From Hemiscyllium ocellatum (Eukaryota), in contig NC_083447.1 of the NCBI RefSeq assembly GCF_020745735.1, forward strand, positions 21,656,755 to 21,720,754: DNA of 64,000 nt, given 5' to 3'. Position numbers and translations under genes: made by a program. Every line of letters begins with the position of its first letter. Positions within the stretch are counted from its first letter, which is position 1. The notes beneath the pieces are model-generated. The model was not told the DNA's origin. It did no database searches and worked only from the letters and a program-made list of their open reading frames with translations. Below are positions 52,674 through 63,555 of this stretch, one piece after another.

Positions 52674-55087
52674 CGACCTCTAAGTAAAATGAAGCTGTTG
52701 TCTCCTGCTTTCTATTTATATCTTTCTCCTGGATGGGGTTCCTGGGATTTGTGGTGATGTCATTTCCTGTTCGTTTTCTGAGGGGTTGATATATGGCATC
52801 TAGATCTATGTGTTTGTTTATGGCGTTGTGGTTGGAGTGCCAGACCTTTGCTTAGCCTGTCCCAGGATAGATATGCTGCCCCAGTCGAAATGGTGACTTT
52901 TTTCATCCGTGTGGAGGACTATGAGGGAGAGAGGGTCGTGTCTTTTGTGGCTAGCTGGTGTTCATGTATCCTGGTGGCTAACTTTATTCCTGTTTGTGCT
53001 ATGTAGTGTTTGTGTCAGTCCTTGCATGGAATTTTGTAGATGATGTTTGTTTTGTCCAGGGGATGTACTGGGTCTTTTACGTTTGTTAGTTTTTGTTTGA
53101 GAGTGTTGGTGGGTTTTTGTGCTACTAGGATTCCGAGGGGTCTTAGTAGTCTGGCTGTCATTTCTGAAACTTCTTTGATGTATGGTTAGATGATTAGGGT
53201 TTCTGGCTGTGTTTTGTCTGCTTGACGTGGTTTGTTATGAAGAATCTGCGCACTGTATTTTTGAGTATCCATTCTATAGGTTGTATAGGTGGTTCTCCTC
53301 TGTTTTGCGTAGTTCGTCTGTGCTGCAGTGTGTGGTGGCTCTTTGGAACAATGTTCTGATACAACTTCCAGGAATGCGAGTTTGTTGTTGGTTTCTTTCT
53401 CCTTGGTGAACTTTATGCCTGTGAGGATGTTGATGATGATGATAAATGTCTCTTCTATCTTGTTTCGTTTGGTGATGACAAATGTGTCATCTATGTAGCG
53501 GACCCAGATTTTTGGTTTGATGGTTGGTGGGGCTATTTGTTATAGTCTTTGCATTACTGCTTCTGCTATGAATCCTGACAGCAGAGATCCCATGGGAGTG
53601 CCATTGGTTTGTTTGTAGACTATTTTGTTGAAGGTAATGTGGGTGGTGAGGCACAGGTCCACTAGCTTCATGACGTTTTCGTTGGTAATGTGATTGATGG
53701 TGGTTGGTGTGTGTGTGAAAGTGTGGAAAGTGTTTCCTTTGCCAGGTCGATGTTGATGGAGGTGAATAGTGCTGTTACGTCGAATGAGATCATTGCTTCG
53801 TCTTCCTCTATTTTGGTGTTTTTGATGATTTTTAGGAATTCCTGGGTGGAGTGGATGGAGTGCTGTGACTCTTCTTCGAGGTATTTCAGTCTTGCGTGTA
53901 GTTCTTTGGCCAATCTGTAAGTTGGTGTTCCGGGTAGTGCGACTATAGGTCTGAGGGGGGCTCCTGGTTTATGGATTTTTGGTAGCCCGTAGAATCGTGG
54001 GTGTTGGTCCCGTCGGGTTTCATTTTGTGGAATTCTATCTTGTTTAATTGTCTGGAATTGTGTAATTTTCTTAGGAGATATGTAATTTTGTTTCCGAGTT
54101 GTGGGTCGGGTCTAGCGCACCTGTCGGTAGGTGTTGGTGTCTGCAAGTAGTGCATTGGCTTTCTCGATGTCGTCCCTTCTGTTCAGGATGACAGTGAGCC
54201 GACCTTTGTCTGCCGGTAATATAACGATGTTTTTGTCTTTTTGAGGTTTTCTGGATGACACAGTTGAAAGAAAGGACAACTTCAAACCTGCGCATACAGA
54301 AAACTGACAAACACTGACCAAATACTTAACTGCACCAGCAACCATCCCAACACAAACAAAAGAAGCTGTATCAGAACACTATTCCAACAAGCCACCGCAC
54401 ACTGCAGCACAGACGAACTACGCAAAACAGAGGAGAACCATCTATACAACGTATTCAAGAAGAACTGATACTCAAAAAATACAGTGTGCAGATTCCTCAA
54501 GAACAAACCACGACAAGCAGACAAAACACAGCCAAAAACCCTAATAACCTTACCATTCATCAAAGAAGTTTCAGAAATGACAGCCAGACTACTAAGACCC
54601 CTCGGAATCCTAGTAGCACAAAAACCCACCAACACTCTCAAACAAAAACTAACAAACTTAAAAGACCCAGTACATTTCATGGACAAAACCAACGTCATCT
54701 ACACAATTCCATGCAAGGACTGCCACAAACACTACATAGGACAAACAGGAAGAAAGTTAGCCACCAGGATACACGAACACCAGCTAGCCACAAAAAGACA
54801 CGCCCTCTCTCCCTCGTAGTTCTGCACATGGATGAAAAAAAGCCACCATTTCGACTGGGACAACACATCTATCCTGGGACAGGCTAAGCAAAGACATGCC
54901 AGAGAATTCCTCGAGGCCTGGCACTCCAACCACAACGCCATAAACAAACACATAGATCTAGATAACATCTATCAACCCCTCAGAAAACGAACATGAAATG
55001 ACCTCACCACAAACCCCAGGAACCCCATCCGAGAGTAACTTATTTATAGAAAGCAGAAGACAACAGCTTCGCTTCACTTGGAGATCG

Positions 55088-55127
55088 CCATTGATGATGT
55101 TACCTAGCCAGGTAACGAAACGTCTGG
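55088..55127 (+). ncRNA. Minimal type I hammerhead ribozyme motif in right PLE terminal repeat (C3U variant)
   Basis: CCA TTGATGA T GTTAC ctagccag GTAAC GAAAC GTC TGG. Confidence 0.75.
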
Positions 55128-55396
55128 ATATCAAACCTACAGCTCAGAGCAAACCTACACCCTAAATCTCAACCTGAGCTACAAACCTACACAAACCTTG
55201 CATAAAGCGAAGTGTTATGAAAAACAATGCCATCTTTATGGATTGATAGTTTTTTTTTCAGGGGTGATCTTTTGGTGATACCATGGCTGTAACAGATGTA
55301 TTCTGTCTTGCTTTTTTTAATGAAAAGGCCTTGGACATTTTTGTTTAAAGTTGGCTCGACAGAAGCAATCTATGTGGGCAGGATCACAGAACCAGC

Positions 55397-55613
55397 TGAA
55401 AATGTGTTGCTGGTCAAAGCACAGCAGGCCAGGCAGCATCTCAGGAATAGAGAATTCGACGTTTCGAGCATAAGCCCTTCATCAGGAGGGCTTATGCTCG
55501 AAACGTCGAATTCTCTATTCCTGAGATGCTGCCTGGCCTGCTGTGCTTTGACCAGCAACACATTTTCAGCTGTGATCTCCAGCATCTGCAGACCTCATTT
55601 TTTACTCGAGGAG
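55397..55613. mobile_element. Fold-back PLE-derived element (perfect 85-bp inverted repeat) with 12-bp TSD
   Basis: Arms 55393-55477 and 55488-55572 are exact reverse complements by eye. CACAGAACCAGC at 55385-55396 and 55614-55625. Hammerhead core CTGATGA...GAAACGTC on minus strand 55458-55485. Confidence 0.88.
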
Positions 55614-56485
55614 CACAGAACCAGCACATTTAGATTTAACTTAAAAGACTTGCTGGAATTTTAATTGTGGAAGCTCTTATTCCTCTCTGGGGTTCTCTTT
55701 GCTGCTAGAATTACACAGGAGACAATCTATTTTACTGAATTTGCCTTTGTCAAGCGTGTGTAGAAGGGAGTTCATCAATAATGCTTAATGTACGTTGATT
55801 TGTTAAGCATTTCGATGAAGGTACAGTTAAGCTAATTCTTTACTTCTTAAAAATTTTGTCTGTACTTCAACTGTCAGAATATAGTGAGTTTTACTTAAAG
55901 CGGATTCGCTTGCCGAAACAAATTGCATCGGGAAAGCAACGTTTATCTTTCAAATAAGGAAAGGTTATTGTCTGGACTAGCTTTATAATATATTTTGAGA
56001 GAGTTTGATTAGGTCCATAGCCAGGGAATCTCATTGAAATCTACAAAATAGCAACAGGATTTGGCACGGCTAAACGCAGGAAGTGCGTTTCCGATGACCA
56101 CGAGTCCAGAATCAGGGGTAACAGTTCATGATGCAGGGTCGGCCTGTTACGATTGAGAACGATTGGACATTTCTTCACCCATAACATAATGAACTGATGG
56201 CATCATTTGATACAGATCCACGTTGAGACCAAAAATAAATGCATGTTTTCATGAAGGAGTTAGATGCAGCAAAATGTTCGTCAACGTGGTTCAGTTCTTT
56301 TCGATAGTCCCAATCCCTCCGCTCTGGGATCATTGCTGTGACGTCTTTGATTTTTTTTATGTCTCCGGCTGTACATTTGTGTTGTCGCTCTAAATGGGGA
56401 GGGCTGAGAGCTGGTGCTTAGGGCTGTCCTCAACAGGACGAAAGTATGAGCGATGTCGTTGACAGCTGCTTCCTGTTTCCTTTGG

Positions 56486-56524
56486 AGCTTTTGTTGAGCT
56501 GCTCCACCTCTCTGAGTCACTGTG
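56486..56524 (-). other. 23-RSS of V10 with variant nonamer
   Basis: CACAGTG + ACTCAGAGAGGTGGAGCAGCTCA + ACAAAAGCT. Confidence 0.9.
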
Positions 56525-56947
56525 AATACTCCAGGCACAGTAATAAACAGCCGAGTGATGCGCCTGCAGGTTGCGAGACTCCAGGTTAAAGTTAGAGCCA
56601 CTCGGTCGTGTGGCGGTGAAACCGTCCGCCGCTCCTTCATTCACATTTCCTGCAGCTGCAGAATAAAACATCAGCTGCAGCTCCTTTCCCGGGTATTGTC
56701 TGTACCAGTACATGTAACCACTACTCTCACTCTCCACCGTGCACCTCAACTCCACTACCTTGCCGAGGGACCTGGGGATGCTGCTGGGAGTCTGTTCAAC
56801 TCTCGCTGTCTTCACATCTGAGAAAGGGAAAAGGTCAGTAAACAGAAATGAAATGAATAAAGCCTAAATGATGGCTGTTCCCTCAAATTATTGGATGAAC
56901 AATCACTTACATTGCAATAACGTCATGATGTACAGTAAGAGATGCAT
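56525..56947 (-). CDS. TRBV: V10: functional TCR beta-like V segment (paralog of V6); leader exon 56911-56947, V exon 56525-56817
   Basis: MHLLLYIMTLLQY/VKTARVEQTPSSIPRSLGKVVELRCTVESESSGYMYWYRQYPGKELQLMFYSAAAGNVNEGAADGFTATRPSGSNFNLESRNLQAHHSAVYYCAWSI. GTAAGT donor; 93-nt intron. Confidence 0.92.
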
Positions 56948-57437
56948 CTTCTTACTTTAAGCTTTTCCTGTATGAACGCGAACAGAGTCCAATCTTGTCT
57001 GAAACTGGAACTAGCTGCTTTCAAATCAATGAGAGAAACCTGAAGGATTCAGGAAATGACTTGGGTGAGCACATGCCCACCCCCCACCCCCTCTCTGTTT
57101 CTTGTTGCAAGTGGTGCAGCGTTGAACAGGAGATTTCCAAAGGGAAGAGACAGTGTACAAAACACTGGCAGATCCAGCTCAAGGTGGGATTCTGTTGCTT
57201 TGTGAGATTCGTGAACACATTTGTTTGATATGCCAGTCGACAATTTGTAGCAATTGCTGATATTTTGTTGAATTCGTAAAGAAGCAGTTTCATTCGATTA
57301 AGAATATATCCGACCGTGACAGATGAGAACACTTCACTGATCCCGAAACCCTTCTGTAGAATGGAAGTGACTGGGTGGCGGTTTTGGATCGTGCCTGAAG
57401 CTTTGGGGATAGTCTTTGCTAATAAGCTACTTTTTTT

Positions 57438-57738
57438 TAAGATTACCTACAGTGTGGAAGCATGCCCTTCGGCCCAACAAGTCCATACCGACCCTCTGAA
57501 GAGTAACACACCCAGGAACACTTCCCTCTAACTAATGCACCTAACACTATGGGCAATTTTAGCATGGCCGATTAACCTGGCCTGCACATCTTTGGACTGT
57601 GGGAGGAAACCCGAACACCCGGAGGAAACCCACCCAGGCACGGGGAGAATGTGCAAACTCCACACAGACAGTTGTCCAAGAAATCTAACGTGGGGCCCTG
57701 GTGCTGTGAGGCAGCAGTGCTAACCACTGAGCCACAAT
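57438..57738 (-). mobile_element. tRNA-derived SINE
   Basis: Reverse complement of the 42729 family; absent in copy A. Confidence 0.85.
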
Positions 57739-59431
57739 TTTGCCCATCTTCTTTGACTCTCGGGTTGATTACATACGACGCATTCTATTTTACTGAATTT
57801 GCCTTTGCCAAGGAAATGCATAAGGGATGTTACTACTTTGGAACAGTTCATTAGTGATTAGTGGAGAATTCCTGGTCTTCTCCCAGCTATATGGGACCTA
57901 ATTTCCCTGGACCTTCTCATTTTTTTCTCAGGGATTTCTTCACTCAGTGAACTTGTGGAATTCTCCACTACTGAACGCTGTGGAGGCTTAGTCACTGTTT
58001 ACATTCACGAAAGAGACAGCCTATTTTTAATTCCAAAGATGTCAGGGTTTTGGGGGAGAAAGCAGGAATTTAGCGTTAAAACAGAGGATCACCCGTGATC
58101 AAATTGAATGGCAGATTAGGCTCGAAGATATGAATAGCTTACTCCTGTTCCCAGCGATTACCGTTTGATGTTGAAAGGTGAAAGTCGAAACAAGTTACTT
58201 AACTCTCCCATGGCTATGGAAGTTGTGAGATTAAGTAATTTGTAGAATTTAAGGAGGATTTCTTCTCCTTCACTGAATTTTTTTTTCCCTCAGTCAAGAT
58301 GTCTTCTCAAAGCGCGGCCAATGCTGCTGGTCAGTTTAAGACGGAGATTAATGTATTTTAATCGGGTCAGTGTGTAAACGAATGGTTAGTGATGGTGAGT
58401 AGATTGAATGTATGCATTGCTCCACTCTGGTCTATTTGATTGGCGGCGCAAGCTTGAGGGGCAATTTGGTCTCTGCTCCTGTACCAGCCCCAGGTGCATT
58501 TCATGGTGATGAAGCGCCCTCTATTGCACCAATAGAAAAATAATGTAAAAAAAAATCCTGGAGTTTTTTCACTGGTCTCTTCCGATTTTCATGAATTTCC
58601 CATCCATTTCTATCAATTGTTTATTTTCAGTTTATTGTTCCAAATCTGTGTATCTCTGAATTCCACAATCTTACCACCTCGGCAAAAAAAAGTTTCTCCT
58701 GACTTCCCGTTCAGATTTACTCTTAGAGACTGGTGACCTGGAGTTCGGCAGAGCCTAAACTATTGAACCCACTTTTCAACAGCTTCCTGCTTTTCAGCAG
58801 ATACGAACCTGTTCAAACTTTCTTGGCGGCTGAGAGCTTTACCTTTATTCAATTTCACATTCACCCTCAAGACAATCACACTACTAAGAAGAATGTAGAG
58901 ACTTTGAGGTGTTGCAGAAAAGATCTCCTGGAACGTTGCCTAGTTTGGAGGGTTTTATAGCGTCGGAAGATGAAGGCTGTTCTGATAGAAGTACACAACA
59001 TTGAGAGGCATGAATCCAATGGGCAGTCGAAGTCTTTTTCCTCAGGGTAGAAATATTATTTACTTGGTGGCATAAGTTTAAGGTAAAATGAGGCACGTTT
59101 ATTTTTAAAAAATCTCAGGCTGGGAAGTGCTGGAATGCGCCACGACAGAAGGTGCTGGAGACGGATGCAACAGCAAATTTTAAGCGTCATCTTGACGTAT
59201 ACACGAAGAGGCAGGGAATAGAGTGTAGAGAGTTCTATTTAGAAAGGCTGTCTAGTGTCTGGACAGAATTGAAGGGTCCGTTCCTGTGCTCTATGTTTTG
59301 TTCTAACAATATCTCGATACGTCATTACTTTTTAATCCCCTCCATTGTTGCCCATGACTTTACAAAACCAGAAAGAAAAGGACACCCTTCAGGTTTTGAC
59401 CATAGCAGTTGTATCCTGTCACCGTTTGGGG

Positions 59432-59470
59432 GATTTTTGTTGAGCTGCTCCCTCTTGCTGAGTCACTGTG
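59432..59470 (-). other. 23-RSS of V11
   Basis: CACAGTG + ACTCAGCAAGAGGGAGCAGCTCA + ACAAAAATC. Confidence 0.92.
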
Positions 59471-59995
59471 AAGACTCCAGGCGCAGTAATACACGGCTGA
59501 GTGATTCGCGTGGAGGTTGGAGGATTTCAGGCTGAACTTGGTGTTACTCGGTCTGTCAGCGGTGAAACCATCCACCGGCTCTTGTGGAGTCACGTACTGT
59601 GCTGTGTTGGAGTAAAACATCTGCTGCAGCTCTTTTCCTGGGGATTGTTTGTACCAGTACAAGTAGGGACTAGTACTGCTGCTGCCCTCCACATTGCACT
59701 CCAGTTTCACTCCCTCTCTGGGAAATTTGGAGACGGCGGCGGGGTTCTGCTCGATAGTCTGTGATTTCACATCTGAGGAAAAGACGGGGAGGGGAAGAGG
59801 TCAGTAATTGGGGACAGAGTCGTGGAGAAAGAAAGTGAGGTAAGGAATGTGGGAAAAGAACCCATTACAGAGAAATATAATGAGAGCAGGTGTGAAGGAT
59901 AGCCAATTGAAGGATATTTGCAGGTTGGAATATGGTTGTAAATTAAACAGTCCCTTACAGTGAAACACGATGAACAGAGCGAGCAACAGATACAT
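59471..59995 (-). CDS. TRBV: V11: functional TCR beta-like V segment (paralog of V7); leader exon 59959-59995, V exon 59471-59772
   Basis: MYLLLALFIVFHY/VKSQTIEQNPAAVSKFPREGVKLECNVEGSSSTSPYLYWYKQSPGKELQQMFYSNTAQYVTPQEPVDGFTADRPSNTKFSLKSSNLHANHSAVYYCAWSL. GT-AG intron of 186 nt. Confidence 0.93.
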
Positions 59996-62919
59996 CTTCC
60001 ACTTCAAGGTTTCCTTTTGTGGCAATCGTTATCGTTGGTGAGCTAACAGTAGAAATACAGCGCAACTCTCCTCCCTCTAATTGAGGGTCTAGTCCTTCCT
60101 TCTTACATGTATTGATCGCCCCGCCCTATGCCAGTAACTCCCCAGCCACTCCCTTCCTAATTGGATGATAGGGAGCTGCCGAGAGTACGAAGTATTCAAG
60201 GCTCGTTGGCGATAGATGGAGGGACAATATTGTGGAGAGACCACGGCTCAAATTCACGGAAACTACAATGAAAGGCCATATGGACAGATCTCAGCAATAG
60301 GGAGGGTGCAATCACTTTGGTGCGATTGTGTTGTCAATAGCCAAATGGTGATAGACGCACAGATATGTGGACAGATAATGTAAAAAAAAGATGACAATAG
60401 GATTGCTGTTGTGGGTGAATTTGACTTCTATATTGACTGGGACTCGCTTAGTGCCTGGGTCATGAATGGAGAAGAATTTATAGGTATATCAAGGCAGTTT
60501 TTATTGAAACAATGTCTAAAAGGTCCAATTAGGGGAGGAACATGCTAGATCTGGAATTGGAGAATGAACCTGGACACATGATTCAAATTTCATTGGAGGA
60601 GCATTTTAGGAACAGTAACCCCGAATCTGTAAGCTCTAATTGGTAAGGATAACAGTAGCACTTGAATGAAAAAAAACTAAATCGCAGCTGGCATTTATAT
60701 ATAAGGAGCAAGAGGAGAGCTAGAGTTAAAGTAGGTCCACTCATGGACAAGAGAGAACTTGTGCATTGAGCCAGAAGAACTGAATGAAATTCTTACTGAG
60801 TACTTCGCATTGATATTCACAAAGGAGGAAAACATGGTTTTTGACGAGTCACAGGAGGGGAATGTGATTTTCAGGGCCATGTCAGTATGAAAAAGAAAAA
60901 GTTTTGACCGTTTTAAAATGCACTATGTTAAACACCCTTTCAGGATCTGATGGGTTCTATCTCAAGATGTTGAAGGAGGCAGGTGAGGAAATTGCTCGGA
61001 CCTTGTATGAAGTCTTTGTCTCCTCTTTAGACTCAGAAAGATCCCAATGGACTGGAGAATAGCCAGTATATTTTTCCTTTATTTAAGAAGAGCACCAGGG
61101 ATAATCCAAAAAAAGGTATAGGCCACTGAGCCTTACATCAATACCAGAGAAATTATTGCAGAAGATTCTTAGGGATAGGGTTTACTCACGTTTAGAAAAA
61201 TGTGAATCTACTAGTGATGTGTTTTGTAGTCGGTTTCCTTTTTATAAAGAAAAGTTGTGACAGACGTATCTGCTCCAAGCCCATAAAATAACCAGCTTGT
61301 GAAGCCTTGTTTCTTTTTAAAGTAGGAACAATCAAAGCAGCCTGAATGTGTGGGACAAAAATCCAAGAGAACCAGGAGTTTTAGTTTAGCTTTCAGTAGC
61401 TGTTGCTGGGGTCTTGAAGCCGGATGTGGTAGCTTTTATTCCTCTCTCTACTACAGCCAAAAGCTGGGGCTGTCTTCCTGTTGCAGGATATACATGTGAG
61501 ACAATCGAATTTGCCTTTACAAGGGTGTGTTTATGGTTTGTTACTACATTGAAACACTTAATGAGTAGATCATTATTTTGTTAAGCATTTCAATAGTTAC
61601 AGTTAAGCCAATTCATTACTCTTATTTCGGTTTGTCTGTATTTTAATTGTAATCTCTGAGTAAAGCGTGCTTTGCTTCTAGACCATAGTCTTGATCAATT
61701 GAATTTTCCCAGAGTGCCTGCCCCTTGCTTTTAACATAAGAATGTTAGAGTGTAGGCTATCTCCCTGACATGTTTTGAGAGGGTATACTCTGCTCCGCAA
61801 CAAATATGGATTTGTATAGAGAACATTGTATCTCACAAACGTGACTTGAGCTTTTGTTTTGAAGAAATGACAAGGTTGGTTGAGGGCAGGGCGGTAGATG
61901 TTGTCTATTTGGGGTTGAGCAAGGTCTTTGATGAGTTGGTAGGCTGATACAAAAAGTGGTGCTACATGTGATTTGCAGTGAGCTCGAATGGAGGAGGATA
62001 CAGAACTGACTTAGTCAAAGAAGACAGAGAGTAGCAGTGGAAAGGTTGTATTTTTGACTGGAGATTTGTGACCAGTGATGTTCTGCAGGGATCAATGCGG
62101 GGAACCCTGTTGTTTGACAAACATAAATGATATTGAGGAAAATATAGGTTGCCTGAATACTATGTTTGTGGAGCACACAACGATTGATGGAGCTACGCAT
62201 AGTGAGAAGGACAGCTAGAGGATAAAGCAGGATACACATTGGCTGGAGACATGGGCAGAGAATTGGCAGTTGGAGTTTAATCTGGAAAACGTGAGGTGAT
62301 GATATTTTGGAAGATCTAATGGCAGAACTCTTTATAGCATGAAATACAGAGGGTTATAAGCATACAGATCGACAGATCCCTGAAAGTGACAACATAAATG
62401 GATGAGGTGGTCAAGAAACATATAGCATGCTTGCCTTCATCAGTCAGGGTGTAGATTATAAAAACTGGCCAGTCCTGTTGCTGCTGTACAGAACTTTAGT
62501 TTGGTCATATTTCAAGTGTGTGTCCAATTCCAGTCACCACAATACTAGCAGGATGTGGAGGCTTTTGAGAGGCTGCAGAAACGGTTTACCAGGATGTTGA
62601 TTGGACGATATTAACAATGAGGACATAATGGACAAACTTAATTTGTTTTCACTTGAACGTTGAAGGATGAGGTGCAAGGTAATAGAAATTTACAAAATTG
62701 TGAGGTATGGGCAGTTGGAGTCTTTTTTTCCCAGGTTAGAAATGCAAATTATGAGATAAGTTCTTAAAAATAGTTGTACGAGACATGTCTTTCAGAAAGA
62801 AGGTGGTAAATGCAAGTAAGGCGCTGCCAGAGGTGGTGGTTTGGGCGAATTCAATAACCACATTTTAAGATGCACCTTGCCAGGCACATTGAATAGGTAG
62901 GGAATAGAGGGAATCAAGA

Positions 62920-63555
62920 TTAAAATGGTGCTGGAAAAGCGCAAGAGATCAGGCAGCATCTGAGGAGCAGGAAAATCGATGTTTTGGGCAGGAGCCCTTT
63001 GTCAGGAATGTGGCTGCGAACCTCCGGGACGATAAATAAATTGGAGGAGGGTGGGGATGGGGAGAAAGTATCTAAGAGTCAAATAGGTGGATGGAAGTGG
63101 GGAAAAAGGTGATAGGTAGGAGGGGAGGTTGGAGTAGATGCGTTGGAAGGAAGATTGGCAGGTAGGATAGGTGATGAGGATGGTGCTGAGCTGGCAGCAT
63201 GGAACTGGGGCAAGGTGGGATGTGGGAAAATGAGGAGACTGGTGAAAATCACCATCTCATAACCCGTCATACCTGCCAAACTTCCTTCTTACCTTTCCAC
63301 TCCACCCTCCTCTCCCATCTATCACCTTTATCCCGACCTCCATTTACCTATTGCACTCTTAGCTACCTCTTCCCCAGACCCACCCCCCCTCTCATTTATC
63401 TTTCCATGCCGGTGGATCCCTGCCTCATTCCTGCTGAAGGCCTTCTGCCCGAAACGTCGATTTTACCGTTCCTTGGATGCTGTCTGACCTGCTGTGCTTT
63501 TGCAGCACGACTCTAATCTTGACTCTGATCTCCAGCATCTGCAGCCCTCACGTTC
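62920..63555. mobile_element. Non-autonomous fold-back PLE derivative
   Basis: Inverted terminal arms 62920-63010 and 63425-63555 with decayed hammerhead cores; purine-rich then pyrimidine-rich interior; not seen in copy A. Confidence 0.75.

Larger units (their letters stand above)
52596..55199. mobile_element. Penelope-like retroelement (RT + GIY-YIG) in inverted arrangement with 14-bp TSD
   Basis: Minus arm carries RT motifs (MISFDVTALFTSI, 53668-53913) plus the endonuclease. Plus arm encodes GIY-YIG (VIYTIPCKDCHKHYIGQTGRKL, 54484-54819). Terminal repeats are inverted. Direct repeat GCATAAAGCGAAGT at 52582-52595 and 55200-55213; empty site in copy A (~22308). Confidence 0.92.

Noticed and set aside
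54282-54887. Overlapping 133-138 aa ORFs
   Set aside because: Antisense and alternative frames of the Penelope GIY-YIG region.
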